NCBI GenBank assembly: GCA_963777645.1
Contig: CAVZRA010000004.1
Coordinates: 141,806 to 205,805, forward strand
Length of the DNA stretch: 64,000 bases
Reading direction: 5' to 3'
Source: an uncultured bacterium
GTDB lineage: Bacteria > Actinomycetota > Acidimicrobiia > Spongiisociales > UBA5794
The notes under the pieces are model-generated. The model was not told the origin of the DNA, ran no database searches, and saw only the letters and a program-made list of their open reading frames with translations. Of the stretch, positions 30,938 to 39,052 are shown in pieces (position 1 is the stretch's first letter; every line of letters begins with the position of its first letter). A program made the position numbers and the translations under genes.

Positions 30938-31591
30938 TTACGAGGTTCGCTCCTCGCCGCAGGTCGCTTCGAACGTGCCGGTCGCGGTCTCGACCTCACC
31001 GGAAAAGAGACTGTTCTGTCTGAAGAACGTTGCCGTTCCGCGCACCGTCCGCCCGTCGATCTTCACAGTATCGACCTGACTCATCCCCGGTTGCAGCGCG
31101 TCAAAATTCTCGAACATCATGCTGGCTTCATCGGCAACCCAGTCCTCGTCACCGATGCCGACCTCGATCGAGTTGACTTCTCCAACCACCTCGGGGTCGG
31201 TTCCTTCTTGCAATGCGACAATGCTTACGCTGCCCTTCGTTTGTGCCCCGCCCTCGTCGACCATCGGCAACTGAACCGAGAAGATACCGAACAGATCGGT
31301 GAGGCACTGCGCTACAACGGCACCTTCGGTAGAGAAGTTGTAGGTCTCGCCCTCCAGAGTCACGGTTGCCGTCGATGGACCGGAACCTTCGGAGTCGTCT
31401 GCACTGGCGGTCGTCGTGGGAGACGCCGTTGTCTCCTCGGTGCCGACGCCCGCCGACACCGCTTCAGTGGTTACTGCCGCAGTCGTGCCAGGTTCGTCCG
31501 AGGTGCCGTCGGCTCCTGTGTCAGCGGAATCTCCGCCGCATGCCGCCACCGAGAGAAGGATGGCAACGACCAATACATTCAAACGTCTCAC
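30938..31591 (-). CDS. hypothetical lipoprotein
   Basis: 217 aa; lipobox LLSVAAC; Thr/Ala-rich linker; no recognisable family. Confidence 0.8.
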   Translation of the reverse strand: MRRLNVLVVAILLSVAACGGDSADTGADGTSDEPGTTAAVTTEAVSAGVGTEETTASPTTTASADDSEGSGPSTATVTLEGETYNFSTEGAVVAQCLTDLFGIFSVQLPMVDEGGAQTKGSVSIVALQEGTDPEVVGEVNSIEVGIGDEDWVADEASMMFENFDALQPGMSQVDTVKIDGRTVRGTATFFRQNSLFSGEVETATGTFEATCGEERTS

Positions 31592-31862
31592 TTGCTACTC
31601 CCTCCGCCGCGGAAAGCCCCCGCCCCCGCAGCAATTGCAACCGACCATACAGGAGGACTCTCTCACGTGGGACGGCAATTCCCAATCGCCACGGCTCCTG
31701 GCAGAACGTCCGCCGGAACGCCTCCGATGTTGTGTCCGTAGCTATGCGTGTCGGCACGTCGCCCGGGTCGGGTGGGAATCGTGCCGGCGATGTTCTCTGG
31801 CACCGCTGTGCCGATTGCGCCTATATGGTTGGATCGTTGCGGGATCTGTCGAGGGAGGGACC

Positions 31863-34058
31863 ATGGGGAGCCTGACGACGACGCGGAGACGGGTAGCGGC
31901 CTGGTTCGTCGCGCTGTTGGCGCTCTCGGCTTGTACCAGCAGCGGCCCGACGGGTGCGCGCTCTGATGACGGAGCGACGGCGGTGGTACCGGGGGGCGCT
32001 GGGGCCACAGCGATGCTGGTTGGCGCCGAGGAGCAGGCGCTCCCGGACCTCGCGGATCTCAGCCTCGTCGACAACCTCATCGCCAAGGAGGCAGATGGCG
32101 AATGGACCCGGGGAGAGGGGCTCGTTGCGACACTGGGAATGGTGGTCGGGGACGTCGACGCCTCCGCGATACTCCGGTATCCCGAGCCCGTCGAACCGGA
32201 GCTGACCGGGATCGTTGCCATGGCCCGTGACTACCTCGAGGATGACTCCAACACCGAAGCGCGGTCCGACATCGCCCGTCTCCTCGAGCGGCTCGTGTTC
32301 TCCGGCGAGCAGCTGGACGCGATGGCCGGCAATGGTCCGCAGGCGCTGGCGGCGGTCCCCGGTTCGGTGCTTGCCGCCGCGGCGTTCCAAGACCCCGAGG
32401 AGGATTGCCACAAGTTCTTTGCCACGACGACCCCGGCCGGTGTGAGCACATGTCTGGAGGAGAGAGAGGTCTTCGTCCTCGACGTCGCCGGGGAGGGACC
32501 GTACCGGGTCTATGTCCCCGCGCCGGAGATGGACGCGGCCGGGTGGACCGAGGACCAGTACCAGCTGGCGGTGGATGCGCTTCTCGAAACGGTGCCGGTG
32601 TACACCGAGCTGCCGGCTGACGAGGACTTCACCATGCCGCCGGTCAACCTCGTCTTTTCCGTAGCCGGCGGCGGCGGGACCTCGGCGATGGCGGACCCGG
32701 TTGCGGGTGGGGAGTGTGGCGTCGTTCTGTTCACGGAGCTGTTGAAGTCGAAGTACACCGCCGGCGACTTCAAGCAGGTGGTGGCCCACGAGCTCGGCCA
32801 CTGTTACCAGACCGAACGTTTCCCGGCACAGAACGCAGTCCGCTACGAGGACACGCGATGGCGCGAGGAGGGAATGGCCAACCTGCTCTCGAACATCGTG
32901 TATCCCGCCAATGACCTCGAGTGGGATCCGGGGACGATGAACAAGCTGGCGCAACACGAGCTGCAGACATCCCTGTTCGATCGGGCATACACCAACTCGA
33001 TTTTCTTTCAGCATCTCCTGTCGACCGGTTCGATCGAATCGCTGTTCGATCTGGTCGCCAGCTTGCCCACCACCGACGGCATCCAGCTCCAGAAGGACGC
33101 GATGGCCGGCTACCCGGGGATGATCGAAAAACACCACGAGTACGCCCAGACCGTCACCGACGAGATGATCGTCGACAGCAGCCAGGAGTTCGGGGGCTAC
33201 GAAATGGCGAATGACAACTTCCCCAAGGTCGAGGTAACCAACCCCGGCACCGTCCTCGTCGCCAATCTCGTGCCGTTCCAGGTTGCCCGGCGCCATGTCG
33301 TCGTACCGCCCGGCAAACAGGCGTGTCTCACCTGGGACGACTCGAACTTCATCATCACCAAGCGGGACCATCCCATGGGGCCCAACCCGCCGGAGTGGAG
33401 CCCGCTGCTCACGATGCTGCCACCGGTGCTCGAGGAGTCGGGCGATGTGGCGCTCGTGGTCACGGCCCGTAACCCGGGGACGTTCTCACTCGTTGCAGAG
33501 TCGGTTCACGATCTCAACGAGGAGACCGACGGGGAGCTCGTCGGCACATGGGTCGTTCAGAACACAAGCCTCTGGGACAAAGTCGGCTACATCGCACCGG
33601 TACAGAACCTCAACTCGATCACCGGCCGGATCACCGTGACCTTCACGCGCGACGGCACGGTACAGATCGCCTACGACAGCTTCAGCGTCTCGGGTGACAG
33701 CACCGTGAAACTCACGGAAGGAGCGTTCTCGTCCGACTTTTCGAGGACATACTCGTCTATGACCGATGCCGAGGGCAGCGACGGGTACGAGCTGACCGGT
33801 GACTACGTCTTCTACGACCACATGTCGGAGGGCGATTTCCTGACAGGCACCGAAGCCGTGTCGGAGGCCTCCCGCGGGGTGTTCCTCGGCGTCGAGACCG
33901 AGAACATCGAGCTCGAGACCCGACTCCCGGACAGCACGGTCGATACCCATCAGGCGAATGGCTGGGGGATCATCGGCGCCGCCAACCAGGTTCGCTTCGC
34001 CTGCGGCGGCCACATCCTCCTTCTCGACGACACGATTTTGCGCCGCGTGGACCCGTGA
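31863..34058 (+). CDS. secreted lipoprotein with HExxH zinc-metalloprotease motif (family not recognised)
   Basis: GAGGGAGGG RBS before ATG 31863; lipobox LLALSAC; VVAHELGHCYQ; 731 aa. The upstream part of the 880-aa ORF is non-protein-like. Confidence 0.8.
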   Translation: MGSLTTTRRRVAAWFVALLALSACTSSGPTGARSDDGATAVVPGGAGATAMLVGAEEQALPDLADLSLVDNLIAKEADGEWTRGEGLVATLGMVVGDVDASAILRYPEPVEPELTGIVAMARDYLEDDSNTEARSDIARLLERLVFSGEQLDAMAGNGPQALAAVPGSVLAAAAFQDPEEDCHKFFATTTPAGVSTCLEEREVFVLDVAGEGPYRVYVPAPEMDAAGWTEDQYQLAVDALLETVPVYTELPADEDFTMPPVNLVFSVAGGGGTSAMADPVAGGECGVVLFTELLKSKYTAGDFKQVVAHELGHCYQTERFPAQNAVRYEDTRWREEGMANLLSNIVYPANDLEWDPGTMNKLAQHELQTSLFDRAYTNSIFFQHLLSTGSIESLFDLVASLPTTDGIQLQKDAMAGYPGMIEKHHEYAQTVTDEMIVDSSQEFGGYEMANDNFPKVEVTNPGTVLVANLVPFQVARRHVVVPPGKQACLTWDDSNFIITKRDHPMGPNPPEWSPLLTMLPPVLEESGDVALVVTARNPGTFSLVAESVHDLNEETDGELVGTWVVQNTSLWDKVGYIAPVQNLNSITGRITVTFTRDGTVQIAYDSFSVSGDSTVKLTEGAFSSDFSRTYSSMTDAEGSDGYELTGDYVFYDHMSEGDFLTGTEAVSEASRGVFLGVETENIELETRLPDSTVDTHQANGWGIIGAANQVRFACGGHILLLDDTILRRVDP

Positions 34059-34211
34059 GCGAGAAATAGGCCTACCGGGCAGAAGAAAGGGCGTGCCGGA
34101 CGGCGACAGGCGGCCTCCTGGCAGGGACGGCTGCATAGATGAACCCTCCACGGTGTCGTTGCACAAGAGATTCGTGCTCCTGGCATCTCGCGACGTGAGA
34201 GACTTGCACTC

Positions 34212-35114
34212 GTGACAACCCGATTGCCCGCGTTGCTCGTCGTCATCCTGATCGTGTGCGCCTCTTGCGCGGGTGCGGCGGCCCCGGGCGGCTCTACCGT
34301 GGTCAGCGTGTCGAGCACCAGTGCACCCGGTGAATCGCCCGGCGCCACCACCACTCAGCCGACCCAGGCGCCATCGACACAGTCCACCGATTCGCCGACG
34401 ACGACTACGACCGCGACCAGCACGACCACTACGACGACCGCCCCCGCGCCTTCCGCCCCGCTCGCGGGGGTGACGATCGTCCTCGACCCCGGCCACAACG
34501 GTATGAACTGGGCACACCCGGACGAGATCAACGCACTCGTCGACATCGGCACCATCACCAAGGCGTGCAACACCACCGGAACCGCATCGGCAGACGGCTA
34601 TCCCGAGGCAACGTTCACGTGGGAGCTGGCCCTGCTCACGCGGGCACGGCTCGAGGAGCTGGGCGCGACTGTGGTGCTGACCCGCCAGGACAACGAGGGG
34701 TGGGGACCCTGCATCACCGAAAGGGCAGCGATCGGAAACCGTAACGAGGCGGCGGCGGTGGTCTCGATCCACGCCGACGGAGGTCCAGAATCCGGCCGTG
34801 GATTTCACGTCATCTACCCCAAAGTCGTCGCCGGGTTGACAGACGACATTGCGGTGGAATCTCAGCGGCTGGCGACGGCCATTCGCTCAGCAGTAATGAC
34901 CACCGAGATGCCTATTGCCGATTACATCGGCGAGAACGGATTCTCGGTTCGTGATGATCTCGGCGGGTTGACCCTGTCTGACGTCCCGGTCGTGTTCCTG
35001 GAAGCCGGAAACATGAAGAACGCTACGGACGCCGCGCTGCTCGAGGATCCGGATTTCCAGGCGAGCCTCGCCGATGCGCTCGTTGCCGGTTTGGTGGGAT
35101 TCCTCGGCGGCTGA
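34212..35114 (+). CDS. N-acetylmuramoyl-L-alanine amidase (Amidase_3) lipoprotein
   Basis: GTG start; lipobox LIVCASC; poly-Thr linker; IVLDPGHNG, SIHADGG, VVFLEAGNMKN. Confidence 0.9.
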   Translation: MTTRLPALLVVILIVCASCAGAAAPGGSTVVSVSSTSAPGESPGATTTQPTQAPSTQSTDSPTTTTTATSTTTTTTAPAPSAPLAGVTIVLDPGHNGMNWAHPDEINALVDIGTITKACNTTGTASADGYPEATFTWELALLTRARLEELGATVVLTRQDNEGWGPCITERAAIGNRNEAAAVVSIHADGGPESGRGFHVIYPKVVAGLTDDIAVESQRLATAIRSAVMTTEMPIADYIGENGFSVRDDLGGLTLSDVPVVFLEAGNMKNATDAALLEDPDFQASLADALVAGLVGFLGG

Positions 35115-35125
35115 GTCAGGACGCG

Positions 35126-35156
35126 GGAGACCCCCGCCGATGGGGCAGGGGTCTCC
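35126..35156. terminator. GC-rich hairpin after the amidase gene
   Basis: GGAGACCCC-12 nt-GGGGTCTCC, starting 12 nt after the stop codon. Confidence 0.55.
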
Positions 35157-35428
35157 GGATCGACTATGGCTTCTTTGTCTGCGGGGCGCAGTACCACGCT
35201 CCGAGTACGACGTACCACGGATCGGTGCGTTTCGGCTGATTGATCATGGATTCTCCCATCGCCAATTCATCCTTGGCACTCTCACGCTATGCCCTGATTG
35301 TTGCGACGGTGTTACGGGAACGTGAATCTATGTATCCGCATCTCAGCAACCCGATTCCGCGCTGGTTGAAGCCACGTTGCAGCCTGCGATCATGTCGATG
35401 AACCGATCTGCCGACCACGGAGGCGCCG

Positions 35429-36586
35429 ATGGAAGCAAGCAGCCTGGCTGCGGTGCTGACTGCACCCGGAGAGTACGAGACTCGCGAGTATCCGGTCGGG
35501 GAGCTTGCCGAGCCGGGGGAGGCAATCGTCAAGGTGCACCTCTGCGGGATCTGCGGCACCGACAAGCACACCTACCAGGGCTACACCGGCCAATACACCG
35601 GGCTGTCCAACCCGAGCGACACCCCCTTCCCGATCATCCAGGGTCACGAGATCCTCGGCGAGATCGTCGAGACGGCTGGCCCTATCCGTGACTACGGCGG
35701 GACTCTGCTGCAGCCGGGCGACCGCGTCGTGGTCGGGCCCAACCTTGTGTGTGGCTACTGCCGGGCGTGTGTCAGAGGTGGGCCGTACACGCTGTGCGAG
35801 AACATCCGCGACTACGGCAACACGATGACGTGCGACGATCCTCCACACCTGCTCGGGGGATGGTCACAGTACATGCACACCCTTCCCGGCACATACTTCT
35901 TCAAGGTGCCCGACGAGGTACCAGACGAGATCGCGGTGCTCGCCGAGGTATTCGCAGTCACCGTCGGCCTCGACCGGGCCCGCCAGATCTCGGCCGTTCC
36001 CGGCGAGTCTTTCCTATTCGGCGACTCCGTCATTGTCATCGGCTGCGGTCCACTGGGGCTGCTCCACATCGTCAAAGCGAGAATGCTTGGTGCCGGTGAC
36101 ATCATCGGCGTCGACCTCCTCCAGGGTCGCCTCGATGCGGCCATGACCCTTGGTGCCACCAAGACGGTCTGCGATCTGGACATGAGCGACGAGGATCTGG
36201 TCGGCCGGCTGCTCGAGATGACAGACGGCGGCGCTGACGTCGTCGTCGAGACCGCGGGGGTTCCGGAGGTGATCCCGCCGGTGCTCGACGTGACCCGACC
36301 CGGAGGGGTGGCTGTCATCGTTGGGAACTTCAGCGACCTCGGTCCGGTGGAGATCACCCCCAATCGGCACCTGGTCAGCAAGGGGATACGTCTCATCGGG
36401 GTCTCCGGTCAGGAGGCGCCCGGGTATCTGCCCGGCATGCGTCTCATGGCGAAGGACGCCTCCACCTCTGGGCTGAGGGACTTCGTAACCCACCGCTTCG
36501 GCATAGACGAGGTGTCGGCCGCGGTGGCCAAGTCGATGGAGGGAGACGCGGTCAAGGTCGTCATCGACCCCTGGAAGGTCGGCTGA
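35429..36586 (+). CDS. zinc-binding alcohol dehydrogenase (MDR superfamily)
   Basis: 385 aa; CGICGTDKH, GHEILGEIV, second Zn site CGYCRACVRG..C, Rossmann VIVIGCGPLG. Confidence 0.9.
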   Translation: MEASSLAAVLTAPGEYETREYPVGELAEPGEAIVKVHLCGICGTDKHTYQGYTGQYTGLSNPSDTPFPIIQGHEILGEIVETAGPIRDYGGTLLQPGDRVVVGPNLVCGYCRACVRGGPYTLCENIRDYGNTMTCDDPPHLLGGWSQYMHTLPGTYFFKVPDEVPDEIAVLAEVFAVTVGLDRARQISAVPGESFLFGDSVIVIGCGPLGLLHIVKARMLGAGDIIGVDLLQGRLDAAMTLGATKTVCDLDMSDEDLVGRLLEMTDGGADVVVETAGVPEVIPPVLDVTRPGGVAVIVGNFSDLGPVEITPNRHLVSKGIRLIGVSGQEAPGYLPGMRLMAKDASTSGLRDFVTHRFGIDEVSAAVAKSMEGDAVKVVIDPWKVG

Positions 36587-36592
36587 CTTCTA

Positions 36593-36645
36593 CCGCTTTG
36601 GCGTCGCATCGCGGAATATATTCCGGTTTGCGACGCCAGACGCGG
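36593..36645. repeat. palindromic element, copy 1 (imperfect), between the ADH stop and the DUF559 stop
   Basis: CCGCTTTGGCGTCGCATCGCGGAATATATTCCGGTTTGCGACGCCAGACGCGG; best match is the reverse complement of 37611..37662. Confidence 0.85.
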
Positions 36646-36650
36646 TTTGG

Positions 36651-37568
36651 TCAGTAGACGTCCAGGGCTTGTCGGAGCGTCCAGAGGACCACGGCGGGCT
36701 CATCCACCACCTGGCGCCAGGTGAATCGGTAGACGGTCCACCCCAGCGTATGCGCCTGGTTCTGCTTGATCCTGTCTGCCTGGAACGTCTCGCGGTCCAT
36801 GTGATACCGCTCTCCATCCAGCTCGATCAGGATCTGCCACTCCGGGTATGCGAAGTCGGCGCGGCACACAAATCGCGATCCGGTGCAGAGCTCATATTGG
36901 GGCACCGGTGGGGGGAGGTTCGACGCAGCGATCAGCCGCCGGAAGCGATCCTCGAGGGCGCTCTCTGATGCCGTGTCCCAGTGGGTTCGCTCATCCAGCA
37001 GCGGGCGGATCTTCCCGATGCCGTTGCGGCCGGGCCTGGCGACCCGCTTCACGAATGCCTTGACATCGCCGAGTTGAAAGAGCCCTAGGCGGAGCCCCGT
37101 ATCCAGACAATGCTCGACGTATCGAGACGACGCGGTGGCGCCGACATCCACCACCGTTCTCACGGCTCCGGTTGTCGGGATGCCCTCCACAGTCACGACG
37201 TCATCTGGTGCGAGGTCTTTCGACTCGTGGATCTGGGGGTGTTCACGCTGGATTCGCAGATGACGGACGGTGACTATCTCAGCGCGTTCGGGCTCGAAGG
37301 AGGACATTCCCCAGAGGAACGTCGCGGTCTTGTGTGACGCCGCCGCCAGACCCGGCACGGACAGCACTAGGGCAATGGCCTCCCTTCGCCAGCTGGCCGG
37401 TGCGCCGGGGAATGCGAAGACGGAGGGCTGGAGCCGGGCGAGCGCACCGCGGGCGACACGCTTGTCGAGCGTCGATCTGTCAATCCCGACGGCGCGGGCC
37501 TGGCTGAGGGAGAAAACGCCGTGCTGTTTCGTAGCGATATCTGCGAGCAGGTGGTCGAGGTTTGACAC
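36651..37568 (-). CDS. DUF559 (Vsr-like endonuclease fold) protein with AbiEi-like N-terminal HTH
   Basis: 305 aa, GTG start; ..QHGVFSLSQARAVGIDRSTLDKRVARGAL..; C-terminal ..ADFAYPEWQILIELDGERYH...DRIKQNQAHTLGWTVYRFTW. Confidence 0.85.
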   Translation of the reverse strand: MSNLDHLLADIATKQHGVFSLSQARAVGIDRSTLDKRVARGALARLQPSVFAFPGAPASWRREAIALVLSVPGLAAASHKTATFLWGMSSFEPERAEIVTVRHLRIQREHPQIHESKDLAPDDVVTVEGIPTTGAVRTVVDVGATASSRYVEHCLDTGLRLGLFQLGDVKAFVKRVARPGRNGIGKIRPLLDERTHWDTASESALEDRFRRLIAASNLPPPVPQYELCTGSRFVCRADFAYPEWQILIELDGERYHMDRETFQADRIKQNQAHTLGWTVYRFTWRQVVDEPAVVLWTLRQALDVY

Positions 37569-37610
37569 CTTCGAGGGTTACACAAACCACAACGTGATTC
37601 GACCCCCCTG

Positions 37611-37662
37611 CCGCTTTGGCGTCGCAAACCGGAATATATTCCGCGTTGCGACGCCAAAGCGG
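37611..37662. repeat. palindromic element, copy 2 (perfect 17-bp outer arms plus inner CGGAATATATTCCG palindrome)
   Basis: CCGCTTTGGCGTCGCAAACCGGAATATATTCCGCGTTGCGACGCCAAAGCGG, 14 nt downstream of the stop of 37676..39052. Confidence 0.85.
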
Positions 37663-37675
37663 GGTTCTTGGGTGG

Positions 37676-39052
37676 TTAGCCGCAGCCTCCGCCGCCACCG
37701 CCGGTGGCTACGACCGTGGCTGCTTCGCTGGGTAGCTGCTCGGTCCCCGGGATGGACAGGTAGGCGGGGACGGCAAGCGTTGTGCCCGTCATCCAGGCAC
37801 GAACCTCGTCCTGATATTCGGCCACGCTCGGCACAGTCGACGACGTCGTGGTTCCCTCACCACCGGCGACCGTCCACTCGGGCCACGTCGCATCGGTACC
37901 CAGGACGTCGGCCTGCCAGGCGGCATCACCCCCGTCGAGTAGCAGGGCATTGACCCCCTGGAGCCGAAGATCTGTGACGATCGTCCGCGCTGTCTCCGAT
38001 TGGTCCTTGTCGACAACCACCAGCGGCTTGTTCTTGTCGGCGGTTGTGACCAGGAGGTCGTCGAGGACCGCAAGAGCAGACTCGTACTGATCGTCACTCT
38101 GCGGCACCACAACCGTGCCCTGCATGGGGATCTCAGCCCGGACCTGCTCATCTCGAAGATCGAGGACATGGGAGTTGGGAGGGGTCTCCTCGGCGATGCG
38201 GTTTGCGTCGGCAACGATCCATCCCGCCAGGCTGAGCGCATCGATGCTGGGGACCTGTGCCTCGTCGACGGCCACCGCCGTAGGAACCTCGGATCCCACA
38301 GCGAGGATATCTGGTTCGTCTGCGCCAACCGAGAACACGGCGAGCACAATCGCCAGTGCCCCGGCCAGGCCGATGACCACCCTGGTGGAGCGGCCTGCGT
38401 GGGGTTTGGCCACGGGAGGCCGCGGCTCACCGGCGAGCTGCTCAGGGGTCCGCAAGGCGAAGCGCTGCTCGAAGATGTACAGATAGCGGAACGAGAGAAT
38501 CACTCCACCGGTGATCGCGATAGCGACGACCCAGGCGAGCGGATGACCGTTCAGGCTCTGCACGGCGGCGCCGGCGGGTGCGTAGAAGCTCTGGAACCAC
38601 GACGCCTGCCCGGCACCGTCGTAGAACAGAGCGAACCCGTAAATGCCGAGCACGATCCCGACCAGGAACACCCACGCATCCAGCCGCCCGCGCACCGCCG
38701 AGACCACCGCGGTGCCGGGACAGAACCCGCCGAAGTAGAAGCCGACACCGAATAGGAGACCACCGACGAGCATGGGCCAGAAGAAGGTCGTGCTCAGCTC
38801 GAGCAGACCGAGGTCCATCCAGCCGAATGCGCTCATCAGCTGAGCACCGATCATTGCGGTGACCAGGGCGGTGAACATGACCCGGTAGACGCCCCAGTCC
38901 CTCAGTATGAATACCGCAGTGAGTTTCTTGGCCGAGCCGAAGCCGGACCGCTCCAGGAAGAAGCCAAATGCAATACCCACCACAGCGGCCATCACCAGAT
39001 AGGTGGTGGGAGAGCCGCCGTCAAGGGGGAGTATTGGAAAGATCGTGCTCAT
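37676..39052 (-). CDS. YeeE/YedE (Sulf_transp) half-transporter fused to a rhodanese-like domain
   Basis: ATG 39052 overlaps the upstream stop (ATGA). GFFLERSGFG.., GGFCPGTA; extra TM (VVIGLAGALAIVLAVF); rhodanese-like ..HVLDLRDEQ..PLVVVDKDQSETAR..; ends GGGGGGCG. Confidence 0.85.
   Translation of the reverse strand: MSTIFPILPLDGGSPTTYLVMAAVVGIAFGFFLERSGFGSAKKLTAVFILRDWGVYRVMFTALVTAMIGAQLMSAFGWMDLGLLELSTTFFWPMLVGGLLFGVGFYFGGFCPGTAVVSAVRGRLDAWVFLVGIVLGIYGFALFYDGAGQASWFQSFYAPAGAAVQSLNGHPLAWVVAIAITGGVILSFRYLYIFEQRFALRTPEQLAGEPRPPVAKPHAGRSTRVVIGLAGALAIVLAVFSVGADEPDILAVGSEVPTAVAVDEAQVPSIDALSLAGWIVADANRIAEETPPNSHVLDLRDEQVRAEIPMQGTVVVPQSDDQYESALAVLDDLLVTTADKNKPLVVVDKDQSETARTIVTDLRLQGVNALLLDGGDAAWQADVLGTDATWPEWTVAGGEGTTTSSTVPSVAEYQDEVRAWMTGTTLAVPAYLSIPGTEQLPSEAATVVATGGGGGGCG

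Noticed and set aside
31821-33371. 516-aa minus-strand ORF
   Set aside because: Antisense shadow of the HExxH lipoprotein gene.
33486-34808. 440-aa minus-strand ORF
   Set aside because: Antisense to the lipoprotein and amidase genes; Arg/Gly-rich, no motifs.
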